A stretch of 64,000 nucleotides of DNA from an uncultured Candidatus Saccharibacteria bacterium (GTDB taxonomy: Bacteria; Patescibacteriota; WWE3; CAZQFB01): positions 147,454 to 211,453 of the forward strand of contig CAZQFB010000001.1 in NCBI GenBank assembly GCA_964592525.1, read 5' to 3'. The position numbers and the translations under genes were made by a program. Every line of letters starts with the position of its first letter. The first letter of the stretch is position 1. Positions 18,261 to 28,775 of this stretch are shown here, one piece after another. The notes below the pieces were generated by a model. It searched no databases. It saw only the letters and a list, made by a program, of their open reading frames with translations, and had not been told where the DNA came from.

Positions 18261-18334
18261 GCGGGAGGTCTTTTTTTAACCTCTCGTTCCTTATACATCA
18301 GAGCATTGGTGTGTTGGGAACGGGAGGTTTTTTG
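18261..18334 (+). promoter_or_regulatory. alternative-hairpin element (hairpin vs terminator-like hairpin plus T6) upstream of tRNA-His
   Basis: cgggaggt/acctctcg hairpin (18262-18286) shares cctctcg with an 11-bp stem cctctcgttcc/ggaacgggagg (18280-18327) followed by TTTTTT. Confidence 0.3.
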
Positions 18335-18355
18335 TTTGTCTCATAAGAGCTTGAT

Positions 18356-18431
18356 GGTGGCTGTAGCTTAATGGTTAAAGCACTAGTCTGTGGAACTAGG
18401 GATTGTGGGTTCAAATCCCATCAGCCACCCA
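18356..18431 (+). tRNA. tRNA-His (anticodon GTG) with encoded G-1
   Basis: Cloverleaf fits: acceptor GTGGCTG/CAGCCAC, D-stem GCTT/AAGC, anticodon stem CTAGT/ACTAG with loop CTGTGGA, T-stem GTGGG/CCCAT, TTCAAAT loop; extra 5' G pairs with C73. Confidence 0.85.
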
Positions 18432-18472
18432 TGTTGAAACTAAAAAATAAACTTAAGAATGGAGGTGTAACG

Positions 18473-19282
18473 GTGACCCGTCAGCTAGTGGAAGGGGTGG
18501 TAGCTGTGTTGGAAAGCTTCGATCGTTTACCTGAAAATCCGGATCGGGGATACCTTAGGGAAATGGTCAAAATGCAGATTGAAACGCAAGGGTTTTTGAA
18601 CTTGGTTGTTTTTGTGTGTCCAGACACTAATCAATTTGCTTTAAGTACAGCTACTCCGGAGCGTTTCTTTCCAGAAAGAAGCAGCACGAGTGATTTGTTT
18701 CAGCCACGGATTCTTAAGATAAAAGAATTGAGAAGAATGCTCTTTGAAAAGGTTGGTGTTGTAACTTGGCTCAACTTTATTTTAGGAGACAACGGTGCAG
18801 ATCTCTATTTGCTTCCATTCCTTAAAAGGCTGGCTATGGATTGGGAGGAGTATGGTTACAGGCGAAAGAAATACTATCGAAGCTTTTGCACTCGCGTGGG
18901 GGTTGAGTTTGGAATTATGACAGAGGTTTGGAGCTTAGCCGATCTTAACATGCGCTTTTTTGAAGGAGAAGTAGAGTTTTCTCTGGAAGAGCTTGAGCAG
19001 GAAAGATTGAAAAGAGCGGGTGATTACCAAGAAACGTTTTCTGCCTTTGAGGTTAGCGCAGAGTCACAACGCCGCATGGTAAGACTCAAAAGATTAGCTT
19101 ATCTAGCGCAAGGTCAGTTCATTGAGGAGATGGGAGGAGTTTTTCTGCAAACTGAAATGCCCTGGCTCTTTAAAACTCTGATGTTGCGGTCATCAAATAG
19201 AGAACAACCAATACGAGCACTTCCTACTATCTATCCCTGGATACGACGAGAAGAGCTGAAAGAGATTAAGAAAGGGGGGTAG
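18473..19282 (+). CDS. hypothetical protein
   Basis: Track ORF 18371..19282 overlaps tRNA-His; likely start GTG 18473 after GGAGGT RBS (18461-18466); no recognised domain. Confidence 0.4.
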   Translation: MTRQLVEGVVAVLESFDRLPENPDRGYLREMVKMQIETQGFLNLVVFVCPDTNQFALSTATPERFFPERSSTSDLFQPRILKIKELRRMLFEKVGVVTWLNFILGDNGADLYLLPFLKRLAMDWEEYGYRRKKYYRSFCTRVGVEFGIMTEVWSLADLNMRFFEGEVEFSLEELEQERLKRAGDYQETFSAFEVSAESQRRMVRLKRLAYLAQGQFIEEMGGVFLQTEMPWLFKTLMLRSSNREQPIRALPTIYPWIRREELKEIKKGG

Positions 19283-19389
19283 TATGCATCCACACCACCG
19301 AAGTTTTGGTGGTATGGGTCCTCACGGAGAAGGTCGGGTGAGAGGGCTGGGGAGGGAAGCACTAGCTTCCCTCCCCAATATCTAGATAG

Positions 19390-19461
19390 TGACGCCTACG
19401 GGAATTGAACCCGTATTATCAGCATGAGAGGCTGATGTCCTAACCATTAGACGAAGGCGCC
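19390..19461 (-). tRNA. tRNA-Glu (anticodon CTC)
   Basis: Reverse complement folds as GGCGCCT-TC-GTCT-AATGGTTA-GGAC-A-TCAGC-CTCTCAT-GCTGA-TAAT-ACGGG-TTCAATT-CCCGT-AGGCGTC-A; no encoded CCA. Confidence 0.75.
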
Positions 19462-20081
19462 AAACGGTAGCAGCAAAGGGTGCTAGAGTCTCGTGCGGGT
19501 ATTTTATTGGTTTATATCTCTAGCCGCAAGTACTTGTATCGGTATGAGCAATCTTGTGCAAAAAGTTGAATATATTTAGTAGTTATTTGTCTTAATCAAC
19601 TTAATAAAGTACGGTATTTAATTAAGCCTTGGGATATAAGCCTCTTTGCTCATAGCTATGTTCTCTTGTATGTTTATAGCCACCAGGAGTGCTAAGAGAG
19701 CCCACAAATCTTAGCAAGGTAGGATTCTTTAATTTAAGCTCCAGCAAAAGCCAAGTTTTGATAATGTCAAAACACTAAGTTATGAAGTTGAGGAGCGACT
19801 AATGACCCATATTGATGGTTTTTTGCTCCGCAGTACCCTCAAAAGAAGAGGTGGCGATACTTGTTGTTGCTATGACCTCCTGAAAGCAAACCTGGAAGCA
19901 CCATTTAAAATAAAACTTAAGTAATTAATATTTAGCCCTTAGTCTTAAAGTTTAACTGAATTAGCTAAATGCTCCCCCCTCCCCCTTGCTGCGTTGTGCG
20001 TCATAAACAAATTAACTCCCAATTACGTTTGGACATCCTTTCACGGCAAAAGAATGAGCTTTTTAATAAGCTAACTATAGG

Positions 20082-20852
20082 TTAGTTAGTGGTATTGATA
20101 ATAAAAATTTTAATTGCCTGTGCAGTTTCTGCTGGATTGGTGATAGTGAGCAGGTGTGGCGCATTAGCCACTATTGCTAACTGGATTTTAGTTGATAAAG
20201 TGGTTAACCTTTGAGCTTCTTTAGTAGTTAAAATTTGGTCTTGTCCGCCAACCAGCAGTAACACTGGTTTGTTGATCTCTAGCAAAGATTTTTCTAGGTT
20301 AGTTGCGTAGAGTGAAAAAAGAATGTCGCGCATTGTTTCCGCTTCCATTAGCGTTAGATCATTAAGCACGCGTTGGTATCCTAAGACCTCAATTCCTCTA
20401 CCAGCTGATGGGAAAAAGCGAACTAAAGCTGCCAGCAACCTTTCTTGTGAAATAGCGGTTTTTGTAAACTGGGCGAGCTGGGGAGTGCTTAAAGACAATA
20501 AAACTAGCGGTTTAATAATTTTCAGGAGTAAGGAGCGCTTGGGGTTGATTGGTACTGCCAGCAAGGTTAAAGATTTTACTTTAGTTGGGAAATGCTGCGT
20601 GTACTTTAACGCGATTAAACCCCCCAAAGAAAAACCGACAAGGTGACACTCGTCAATTTCGTTGCCGGTTAAATAGTCATTTAACCAGTGACTGTAGTTG
20701 CTCATGGCGTAACCTTCGCTTAGGGTTTTACCTTCTCTGTGTCCCGGTAAAATGGGAGTGTAAACGTCATAATTACTACGGAAAAGAGCTAAAAACTCAT
20801 CAGCTAAAGTGGTAATACCAAAACCATGAAGAAAAACGATTTTTTCAGCCAT
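20082..20852 (-). CDS. alpha/beta-hydrolase fold protein
   Basis: IVFLHGFG...HLVGFSLGG nucleophile elbow (GxSxG). Confidence 0.7.
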   Translation of the reverse strand: MAEKIVFLHGFGITTLADEFLALFRSNYDVYTPILPGHREGKTLSEGYAMSNYSHWLNDYLTGNEIDECHLVGFSLGGLIALKYTQHFPTKVKSLTLLAVPINPKRSLLLKIIKPLVLLSLSTPQLAQFTKTAISQERLLAALVRFFPSAGRGIEVLGYQRVLNDLTLMEAETMRDILFSLYATNLEKSLLEINKPVLLLVGGQDQILTTKEAQRLTTLSTKIQLAIVANAPHLLTITNPAETAQAIKIFIINTTN

Positions 20853-20900
20853 ACTAATTTTAACAATACCTTAAGTTGTATTGTTTGTTAAACTGTAGTT

Positions 20901-21233
20901 ATGACCACTGAATATATTTCTTTCGCGGAATTTAAAAAATTGGAGATTCGAATTGGTACTATTATTGACGCACAAAAGGTTGTAGGTAAGGATAAATTGC
21001 TGCTTTTGAAAGTAGATTGTGGTGATGAGCTTAGAGAATTGGTGGCTGGGATCGCTGAATATTACTCACCGGAAGAGCTTAAGGATAAACAAATACCAGT
21101 CTTAATGAATCTTGAAGCTAAAGAGATCGCCGGTATAAAAAGCCAGGGCATGATCTTGGCGGTAGATGTGGCTGGTAAACCAATTCTTCTGCAACCTGAT
21201 ATTATTGTGCCCTCTGGCAGTGTGGTACGCTGA
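20901..21233 (+). CDS. tRNA-binding domain protein (CsaA/EMAP/Trbp111-like)
   Basis: 110 aa; LEIRIGTIIDAQKV...KLLLLKVDCGDE...IAGIKSQGMILA matches the OB-fold tRNA-binding domain. Confidence 0.6.
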   Translation: MTTEYISFAEFKKLEIRIGTIIDAQKVVGKDKLLLLKVDCGDELRELVAGIAEYYSPEELKDKQIPVLMNLEAKEIAGIKSQGMILAVDVAGKPILLQPDIIVPSGSVVR

Positions 21234-21315
21234 TCCCCCCACCCCCTTTAAGTCGTACAACAATGTTAAGGTTTTGTTTTTTGACTTTAGCTTTTAGCTT
21301 AGGTAGTTTTAAGAT

Positions 21316-21927
21316 ATGACGCACACCTTACCTCCCCTGCCCTATTCCTATAAAGCTCTGGAACCGTATTTAGATGGTCAGATGCTAAAAATACATCACC
21401 AGCAACACCATCAGGCTTATGTGGATAAACTTAATCAGACGCTCGCTGATTACGAAGATTTAGCAGCGAAACCATTAGCCGAACTACTCAATTCCTTGGA
21501 ACTTTTACCGGAAGCGGTGCAAAAGGCTATTGTGAATTTTGGTGGCGGTCATTATAACCATAGTTTTTTTTGGACGGTGCTGTGTGCTCCCAACAAGGGC
21601 AAACCCACTGGGTCTTTATTAGCGCAACTGGAAGAGGATTTTGGTAGTTTTGAGGGGTTTAAAGCTAAATTTAAGGAAGCAGCGCTTGCTCTCTTTGGCA
21701 GTGGGTGGGTCTGGCTAATCTCTGAACCACAACTTTTAACTATCTACTCCACACCCAATCAAGAATCGCCTATAATGGAGGGTAAGAAACCAATATTAGG
21801 GCTTGATTTATGGGAGCATGCTTATCATATTCAATACCAAAGCCATCGCGCAGAGTATCTAGAAGCTTGGTGGCAGATTGTTAACTGGGAGCAGGTTACT
21901 TCTTATTACGAAAAGGAGTCAAAATGA
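21316..21927 (+). CDS. sodA: Fe/Mn superoxide dismutase
   Basis: LPPLPYSYKALEPYLDGQMLKIHHQQHHQAYV, DLWEHAYH metal ligands. Confidence 0.9.
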   Translation: MTHTLPPLPYSYKALEPYLDGQMLKIHHQQHHQAYVDKLNQTLADYEDLAAKPLAELLNSLELLPEAVQKAIVNFGGGHYNHSFFWTVLCAPNKGKPTGSLLAQLEEDFGSFEGFKAKFKEAALALFGSGWVWLISEPQLLTIYSTPNQESPIMEGKKPILGLDLWEHAYHIQYQSHRAEYLEAWWQIVNWEQVTSYYEKESK

Positions 21928-22442
21928 ATAGTCGTCAATTATTAATTAGCAAAGTGATCTTGTTTTTATTAGTTTTATCTGGGGTGCTGTACATATTTAG
22001 AAATTACGCTCTGAAGAAGCAGCTTCCAGAAAAAGAGGTTACTCCCATAGTTAAGGAGCAAGAGTTCCCTAATTTAGCTAAGGAAAAATATATTATTGAG
22101 GTTGAGGAAGATCCCATGCTGGGGTATATCCTTATTGATGCAAATGGTAATACGCTTTATACCTATGCCCAAGATACAGCTGGGGTCAGTACTTGTCTTG
22201 GTAGTTGTTTAGAGCAGTGGCCTCCCTTTTTAGTTAGTAATGTGGAGCAATTAACAGCGCCAATTGGTATTGCACCTGATTTAGCTGTGCTAACTCGAGC
22301 TGATGGTACCATGCAGGTTAGCTATCAAGGTAAACCTCTTTACTACTACACTGGTGATTTAGAACCTGGGGATAATAAAGGTCACAATTACCAAGAGAGG
22401 TGGTTTACTGTCTCCGTTCAAGATCCTTACCTGCTTAATTAA
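21924..22442 (+). CDS. COG4315-type secreted protein with Y-x4-D repeat motifs
   Basis: N-terminal TM/signal; TLYTY..D....S.C.GSC...WPPF and GKPLYYYTGD..PGD motifs; 4-nt overlap with sod. Confidence 0.55.
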   Translation: MNSRQLLISKVILFLLVLSGVLYIFRNYALKKQLPEKEVTPIVKEQEFPNLAKEKYIIEVEEDPMLGYILIDANGNTLYTYAQDTAGVSTCLGSCLEQWPPFLVSNVEQLTAPIGIAPDLAVLTRADGTMQVSYQGKPLYYYTGDLEPGDNKGHNYQERWFTVSVQDPYLLN

Positions 22443-22451
22443 GCTCAAATT

Positions 22452-22964
22452 ATGCCAACAAGGTTAAAGCATCACATAGAGGGGTATAGTGGGGCACTTA
22501 TGTTGGGTATTAACGATGCTTTAGTGGAAATGCTTGGCGCCTTGACCGGCTTTACCTTTGCCCTGCAAGATAATGTTTTGATTGCTTCTGTGGGTCTGAT
22601 TATGGGTATTGCTGCTTCTCTATCCATGGCAGCAGCTGAATATTTAGCTGTGCAGGAAGACGGTTCTAGAATACCTCCTTTCCGAGCAGCTATTTATACT
22701 GGTTCTGCCTATGTTATTTCCGTACTGCTCCTGATACTCCCCTATTTGATTTTCAACACACCACTTTTAGCTTGGTTATTTTCTATTTCTATGGCTATTG
22801 GCATAATTGCTCTTTTTAATCTGGTGCTTGCTCGATTTAAACAGCGCTCTGTTTGGTCTTCTTTTTGGCGCATGTTAGTGATTATTTTTGGAGTAACCTT
22901 GATATCCTACTTGTTAGGTTTAATCCTGCACGATTATTGTGTAGCCTGTAGAGTCTTAACTTAA
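22452..22964 (+). CDS. VIT1/CCC1-family iron/manganese transporter domain protein
   Basis: GINDALVEMLGALTG resembles the VIT family GxNDGLVS..ALVxG motif; several TM helices. Confidence 0.5.
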   Translation: MPTRLKHHIEGYSGALMLGINDALVEMLGALTGFTFALQDNVLIASVGLIMGIAASLSMAAAEYLAVQEDGSRIPPFRAAIYTGSAYVISVLLLILPYLIFNTPLLAWLFSISMAIGIIALFNLVLARFKQRSVWSSFWRMLVIIFGVTLISYLLGLILHDYCVACRVLT

Positions 22965-22980
22965 AGAAGTACCTTGGGGT

Positions 22981-24222
22981 TTATTCAATCTCTCCCAGCT
23001 CAAGGGAGACTGTTTTCTCCTCACCTTTGCTTAGCAATTTGAGCGCAACGGTATCCCCCGTTTCTTTTTGTCCGATTAATCTGGCTAAGCTGGTTTCCGT
23101 GGTCACCTTTTGCCCAGCCACTTCAAGAATAATATCGTTTTCTTGTATGCCAGCTTTATCTGCCGGACTACCTGGCATGACTGCTGGTTCGGCCATTGTT
23201 TCTCCTCGTACCACTAACGCGCCATAATCAATCTCCAGGTTATTAGCCTGTTGTATTTCCTCATTGATCAGAATGTAGCGGACGCCAAGATAAGGACGCG
23301 TGATCTTACCTTTTTCCTGGACACTCTCTAAGGCTTGGCTGGCAACCTCCACGGGGATGGCAAAGCCAATGTTTTCAGCATTGCTGATGATGGCGGTGTT
23401 AATGCCAATCACCTGCCCCGCTAAATTAATTAAAGGTCCACCAGAATTACCGGGGTTGATAGCGGCATCCGTTTGGATGACGCCCTCCAAAAGTTCCGTG
23501 GACACGCCAAAACCACCCGCAGTCACCGAACGACTTAACCCCGAAATCACGCCGACACTTACACTATTGCTAAACTCACCCAGCGCATTACCAATGGCAA
23601 TCGCTAATTGTCCGGCTTTCAGTTCACTGCTTGTACCAAGCTCTACAAAGGGCAGTTCTCCCTCCGTTTCAACTTTGATAATCGCTAGATCAGTGGTTGG
23701 ATGACTGGCTAGGACCTCTGCTTCTAGCTTAAGCCCATTGTTTGTTAGTACCGTGTAATCAGCCGTTTCATCCTCAACCACATGCTTATTAGTCACAATC
23801 AAACCGTTGGCGGAGACAATAAAGCCACTACCCCCACCGATTTCTTGTTTTTGGGTTCCGCGTTCATACTCTTCAATCTGGGGACCAAAAAAATACTCAA
23901 AAGGATCGTCGGTAAAAGGATCAAAGTTTTTGTAGCGCCGTTCAATAATAGGTAGGTCTTTGCTAACGACAATGCTCACTACTGCTGGGGTAACTTTTTC
24001 AACCGCAGCAATAATAGCTGATTCTTCCGTGACGACCTCTTGGCGGGTTTGCTTTGCTTGCTCTGAAGTAAAAATATTTTTATTTTGTCCGGTTAAGTAT
24101 CCCGCTAGCCCACCAGCAATTGTCGCCACGAGAGTGCTCAAAACCATAACTGACAACAAAAACCTAATTCTGATGGCACTTCTGGGGGCTGGTTTTACAC
24201 TGGTGTCGCTAATATCGTTCAT
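22981..24222 (-). CDS. htrA: HtrA/DegP-family serine protease (trypsin domain + PDZ)
   Basis: N-terminal TM; TNKHVV, D..AIIK, GNSGGPLINLAGQVIGINTAI catalytic triad regions; C-terminal PDZ. Confidence 0.85.
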   Translation of the reverse strand: MNDISDTSVKPAPRSAIRIRFLLSVMVLSTLVATIAGGLAGYLTGQNKNIFTSEQAKQTRQEVVTEESAIIAAVEKVTPAVVSIVVSKDLPIIERRYKNFDPFTDDPFEYFFGPQIEEYERGTQKQEIGGGSGFIVSANGLIVTNKHVVEDETADYTVLTNNGLKLEAEVLASHPTTDLAIIKVETEGELPFVELGTSSELKAGQLAIAIGNALGEFSNSVSVGVISGLSRSVTAGGFGVSTELLEGVIQTDAAINPGNSGGPLINLAGQVIGINTAIISNAENIGFAIPVEVASQALESVQEKGKITRPYLGVRYILINEEIQQANNLEIDYGALVVRGETMAEPAVMPGSPADKAGIQENDIILEVAGQKVTTETSLARLIGQKETGDTVALKLLSKGEEKTVSLELGEIE

Positions 24223-24331
24223 CGGGTGATTATTTTAACATGGTTGGTTGAGCGAGAGAAGTAGCTTGGACAATTGTTTATTCGTGCTATAGTTTTCTTA
24301 AAGTTACCCCCTGCCACAAACAACAGATAGT

Positions 24332-26938
24332 ATGGTTGCTGATGCTCTCTTAACCCCAATGATGAAACAGTATCTTTCGCTTAAGAAAGAATACGATGAT
24401 TGTATCCTCTTTTTCCGGATGGGTGATTTTTACGAGATGTTTCTGGATGATGCCAAGATAGCCTCTCAAGTGCTGGATATTACCCTGACAGCTAGAGATA
24501 AAAAGAAACAAATTCCTATGGCGGGCGTGCCCTATCACGCAGTTGATTCGTATTTAGCTAAGATGGTGGGAGCTGGGTATAAAGTAGCGATTTGTGAGCA
24601 AGTGACAGAGCCTGGTTCGGGTCTGGTGGCTCGGGATGTTGTGCGCGTGGTCACTCCGGGTACTGTGCTGGACGAAAAATCTCTGGACAAAGGCAAGAAT
24701 AACTATGTCTTAAGCCTAAGCTTGAAGACAAAAAAAAATATCGGTTTTGCTTTAGCGGATGTTTCTACGGGTAAGTTTTTGGTGGCTGAATATCCTTTAA
24801 CTAATCTTGCCGGTCAGTTAGCAGATGAGCTGGTCAGATTCTCTCCCAGAGAATGCATTTTAAGTGAATCATCCTACGCTGATCCGGTTCTGCTTAGAGA
24901 ATTACGCCAGTTTCGTCATTTAAATATTTATTGTTTTCACTCTTGGGAGCAGTATGCTTCTTGTGCGCAGCAAGTGCTTAAAGAGCATTTTAAGGTCACT
25001 AGTTTACGTGGTTTGGGCATAACAGGTGCGGAAGAAATGGCAGCAGCAGCAACACTTTTGGGGTACCTGCAACAAACACAAAAAAGCCAACTGTCTCATC
25101 TCAAAACGATTTCTTCTGCCCGGAAAGAAAACCATTTAGTGATGGATCGTTCCACAATTTTAAATCTTGAGCTTTTTGCCACAATCCGGGAAGGGGACAA
25201 AAGGGGCTCGTTACTTGAGGTTTTGGATGATACTAAAACTGCCATGGGTAGTCGCTTACTTAGAGAATGGGTGTTAGCTCCGTTGATTGAGCTGGCAGAA
25301 ATTAACAAGCGCTTAGAGGCGACGCAATATTTGGTGACTAACCGTCAAGTGCGAGGTGAATTACGCGAGCTCTTAACGGGAATCCTTGATTTGGAAAGAT
25401 TGCTGGCGAGATTGTCTGCTGGTTTGGGTTCAGCTCGTGAGCTGATCACCCTTAAACGCTCTTTGCGTAATGGGCTACAGCTTAGAGAAATTCTGCCCGT
25501 GGCTAGTCAGGAAGTAGTTATTTTAGCGTCTCTGTTTCCCCAAACAGTGATCACTTCCGCGACCAAACTACTGGCTAAGTTACAGGATCAGCTTGTTGAA
25601 GAACCTCCTTTGGAGGTGCGGGTAGGGGGTATGTTTAAGCAAGGCGTTAATCCTGAATTGGATGGGTTGTTAACTCAATTAGAAGGTGGTACCTCTTTTT
25701 TAACTGCTTACGAAGAAACGGAAAGAAAAAGAACGGGTATTAATTCTCTTAAGGTTAGGTATAACCAGGTTTTTGGGTATTACCTTGAAGTGAGTAAAGC
25801 TAATCTGCCCCAGGTCCCAACAGATTATCTTCGCAAACAGACTTTAGTTAATGCCGAAAGATTTATCACGCCCCAACTAAAAGAGTACGAAGAGCAGATT
25901 TTAACGGCTAAAGAAAAAAGGAGTGCCTTAGAATACCAGCTTTGGTTAGAGCTGGTGAAGGAGGTCTTAGCGGAACTTGATAATTTGCAGTACTTGGCAC
26001 GGTCAATCGCGACCATTGATTGTTTTGCGGCTTTGGCGCAAGTAGCGGAAGTTAATAGGTATGTTCGTCCTGAACTGTTTCCATCAGGAGAGCTGATCAT
26101 TAGGCAAGGTCGCCACCCGGTAGTGGAAAAATTACTTAACGAAGAAACTTTTGTGCCCAACGATGTTCAGTTTATTCCTAAAGAACGTGACTTAATTTTG
26201 TTGACTGGTCCGAATATGGCGGGTAAATCTGTTTATATGCGCCAGGTGGCTTTGATTGTGTTGTTAGCGCAAATGGGTAGTTTTGTGCCGGCAAACGAAG
26301 CCCGCTTACCTTTGACGGATAAGTTATTTGTGCGCAGTGGTGCTAGTGATCTGATTACCGCTAATTTGTCTACTTTTATGGTGGAAATGCTGGAAACTGC
26401 TCATATTTTGCACCATGCCACCTCCCGAAGCCTGGTGCTACTTGATGAGATTGGTCGCGGTACTAGTACCTATGATGGTTTGAGTTTGGCTTGGGCAGTG
26501 GTGGAATATTTAGCGTCTCTTTCAGAAGGTTGCCCCCGCACTATTTTTGCTACTCATTACCATGAATTACAGGTTTTAGCCGAGCGCTTAAGTGGGGTGG
26601 TGAAAGCGCAAGTCTTGGTTGAGGAAGATACTGCCGGTTTACGCTTTTTGCATACTGTGGTTGCTGGAGGGGCTTCCCATAGTTACGGTTTAGCGGTGGC
26701 TTCCTTAGCTGGCATCCCTGAAGCAGTAATCCAAAGAGCATTAGCGGTCTTGGCGGTTTTGGAAGCGAAAGAACAGACTCGCCCGGGTGAGGTGGCGGTA
26801 GTGCCTTATGCCCAGCAATTAAGCCTAATTTCCGAACAACCGCATCCAGTGTTGGACTTATTAAGAGCCTTGGACCTGGACCAGCTTACACCTTTAGAGG
26901 CACTGCAGAAATTGCATGACTTGAAAAATCAGTTGTGA
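24332..26938 (+). CDS. mutS: DNA mismatch repair protein MutS
   Basis: [31 protein letters not shown]-term, Walker A GPNMAGKS, 868 aa. Confidence 0.95.
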   Translation: MVADALLTPMMKQYLSLKKEYDDCILFFRMGDFYEMFLDDAKIASQVLDITLTARDKKKQIPMAGVPYHAVDSYLAKMVGAGYKVAICEQVTEPGSGLVARDVVRVVTPGTVLDEKSLDKGKNNYVLSLSLKTKKNIGFALADVSTGKFLVAEYPLTNLAGQLADELVRFSPRECILSESSYADPVLLRELRQFRHLNIYCFHSWEQYASCAQQVLKEHFKVTSLRGLGITGAEEMAAAATLLGYLQQTQKSQLSHLKTISSARKENHLVMDRSTILNLELFATIREGDKRGSLLEVLDDTKTAMGSRLLREWVLAPLIELAEINKRLEATQYLVTNRQVRGELRELLTGILDLERLLARLSAGLGSARELITLKRSLRNGLQLREILPVASQEVVILASLFPQTVITSATKLLAKLQDQLVEEPPLEVRVGGMFKQGVNPELDGLLTQLEGGTSFLTAYEETERKRTGINSLKVRYNQVFGYYLEVSKANLPQVPTDYLRKQTLVNAERFITPQLKEYEEQILTAKEKRSALEYQLWLELVKEVLAELDNLQYLARSIATIDCFAALAQVAEVNRYVRPELFPSGELIIRQGRHPVVEKLLNEETFVPNDVQFIPKERDLILLTGPNMAGKSVYMRQVALIVLLAQMGSFVPANEARLPLTDKLFVRSGASDLITANLSTFMVEMLETAHILHHATSRSLVLLDEIGRGTSTYDGLSLAWAVVEYLASLSEGCPRTIFATHYHELQVLAERLSGVVKAQVLVEEDTAGLRFLHTVVAGGASHSYGLAVASLAGIPEAVIQRALAVLAVLEAKEQTRPGEVAVVPYAQQLSLISEQPHPVLDLLRALDLDQLTPLEALQKLHDLKNQL

Positions 26939-28698
26939 GCGAGAGAGGTGCTATACTCCTGAATATGGAAGGTCAAATCAGGAAATTACCCGACGAAGTG
27001 ATCACTCAAATTGCCGCTGGAGAGGTGGTGGAAAGACCGGCTTCAATTGTCAAAGAATTGGTTGAAAACGCGCTGGATGCTGAAGCGACCGAGATTATGG
27101 TGAGCGTTGTTGAGGGTGGTATTAAAGGTATCAGAGTGCAAGATAACGGGGTGGGGATGAATGACCTGGATTTACAAAGGTGTGTTTTAGCTCATACGAC
27201 CAGTAAGATCAACGTTTTTGAGGATTTGGTTAACCTTAATTCTTTTGGTTTTAGAGGGGAAGCTTTGGCGGCGATTGCGGCGGTGAGTAAATTTACTATT
27301 GCTAGTCGGCAAAACCATAAGCCGATGGGATATGCCTTGGAAGTTGTTTATGGCACTTGCGGTAAAATCCAGTCCATGGGAATGTCCTGCGGTACTTTGG
27401 TTACGGTGGAAAATCTATTTAGCACCATTCCCGCGCGACAAAAATTTTTAAAATCAGCCGTGACCGAATTTAACCATATTCTTGAAGTAGTAGCCTCAAT
27501 GGCGATTTTATTTCCGGAAAAAAGTTTCACCTTAAAACATAATGGCAAGGTAGCTTTATCTTACCCTAAAAGTGCCCAGCTGTCGGAAAGATTAGCCTTA
27601 GTGCTTGGGCAAAACACGGCGGAGAAAATGATTACGGTGGGCAGCGAATCGCCGTATTTAACCGTGACTGGGGTAGTCTCTCGACCAGAGCTGTCTACCA
27701 GTAGAGCCGATAAACAATTTTTATACGTTAATGGGCGTAGAATCACCGATCATTACTTGAGTGCTGCCATTAAAAGAGCTTACGGTACTCTGTTAATGCC
27801 ACGTTCTTACCCGTTGTATGCTCTATTTATTAACCTGCCTTCGGAAATGGTAGATATTAACGTTCATCCGCGAAAAAGTGAGGTGGCTTTTGTTAACAAA
27901 GGCGCCGTATTTCAGTTTTTAAAACAAGCGGTAGCGAAGGGTTTAGTGCAGGTAGATTTAACTTACGGTCGGTACCCAAGCGAGCCAGTGGCTAGTAATT
28001 TTGTTAGGCAAACGGAGGTCTTCGCTTTGCGGAGGACACCAACTATTTCCCACCCCTCTTTAGCGGCGGTGGCTGAAGCGGTCAAATGGCAACAACCCCT
28101 AATATCTTCTGTGGTTAAGCAAACGATTGCGGAAGAAGTCTGGCAGCTTGAGTTATGTTATTTGGTGACGTTGTCGTCGCAAGGTTTGTTGATTGTTGAT
28201 CAGCATGCTGCGCATGAGCGAGTGTTATACGAAAAGTTGTGGCGTGAGTTTAACGAGCAAAAAAAGCAGGGTCGCTCACAAAAACTTTTAGTACCACTTG
28301 AATTGAAGTTGACGGTACCTCAAGAAGAAGCTTTAACAGAACAGCTAACCATTTTGGCAAAAATTGGGTTTCTCTTTTCCGAAACGAAACCTCTGCACGT
28401 AGTTGGTGTACCAGTGTTTTTGGTCGGACGTGATATTTATGCCATTATTCACGAAGTCCTGGACGATATCTTAAACGATTCGCCAGCCGAGATTGATAAC
28501 CAGAGTTTGAGGATACTAACTTATCTTTCTTGTCGGGGCGCGGTTAAGAAAGGGGATTACCTTTCGCCAGAGGAGAGGCAAGCGCTGTTGCGTGAGTTGT
28601 GGCAGTGTGAGAGTGCCTATACCTGTCCTCACGGTAGACCAGTGAGCATTGATCTAGCAATAAAAGATCTTGAAAAGATGTTCAAGAGAGTTATTTGA
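26935..28698 (+). CDS. mutL: DNA mismatch repair protein MutL
   Basis: [39 protein letters not shown] ATPase N-term; GTG start overlapping mutS stop (alternative ATG at 26965). Confidence 0.9.
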   Translation: MSERGAILLNMEGQIRKLPDEVITQIAAGEVVERPASIVKELVENALDAEATEIMVSVVEGGIKGIRVQDNGVGMNDLDLQRCVLAHTTSKINVFEDLVNLNSFGFRGEALAAIAAVSKFTIASRQNHKPMGYALEVVYGTCGKIQSMGMSCGTLVTVENLFSTIPARQKFLKSAVTEFNHILEVVASMAILFPEKSFTLKHNGKVALSYPKSAQLSERLALVLGQNTAEKMITVGSESPYLTVTGVVSRPELSTSRADKQFLYVNGRRITDHYLSAAIKRAYGTLLMPRSYPLYALFINLPSEMVDINVHPRKSEVAFVNKGAVFQFLKQAVAKGLVQVDLTYGRYPSEPVASNFVRQTEVFALRRTPTISHPSLAAVAEAVKWQQPLISSVVKQTIAEEVWQLELCYLVTLSSQGLLIVDQHAAHERVLYEKLWREFNEQKKQGRSQKLLVPLELKLTVPQEEALTEQLTILAKIGFLFSETKPLHVVGVPVFLVGRDIYAIIHEVLDDILNDSPAEIDNQSLRILTYLSCRGAVKKGDYLSPEERQALLRELWQCESAYTCPHGRPVSIDLAIKDLEKMFKRVI

Positions 28699-28775
28699 CT
28701 TAATTACCCCATAGTATTATACTCTGGTGGGCAAATGAAAACATCTGAGATTGATGGTGGTGCTCTGTTTCTAAG

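Noticed and set aside
20086-20100. ACTATAGG motif copy near 20086 as another instance of the shared promoter
   Set aside because: Lies at the 3' end (stop codon region) of the minus-strand hydrolase gene, not upstream of a start; no -35/-10 in register
20323-20815. ORFs 20323..20646 and 20585..20815 (plus strand)
   Set aside because: Antisense within the well-supported alpha/beta-hydrolase gene
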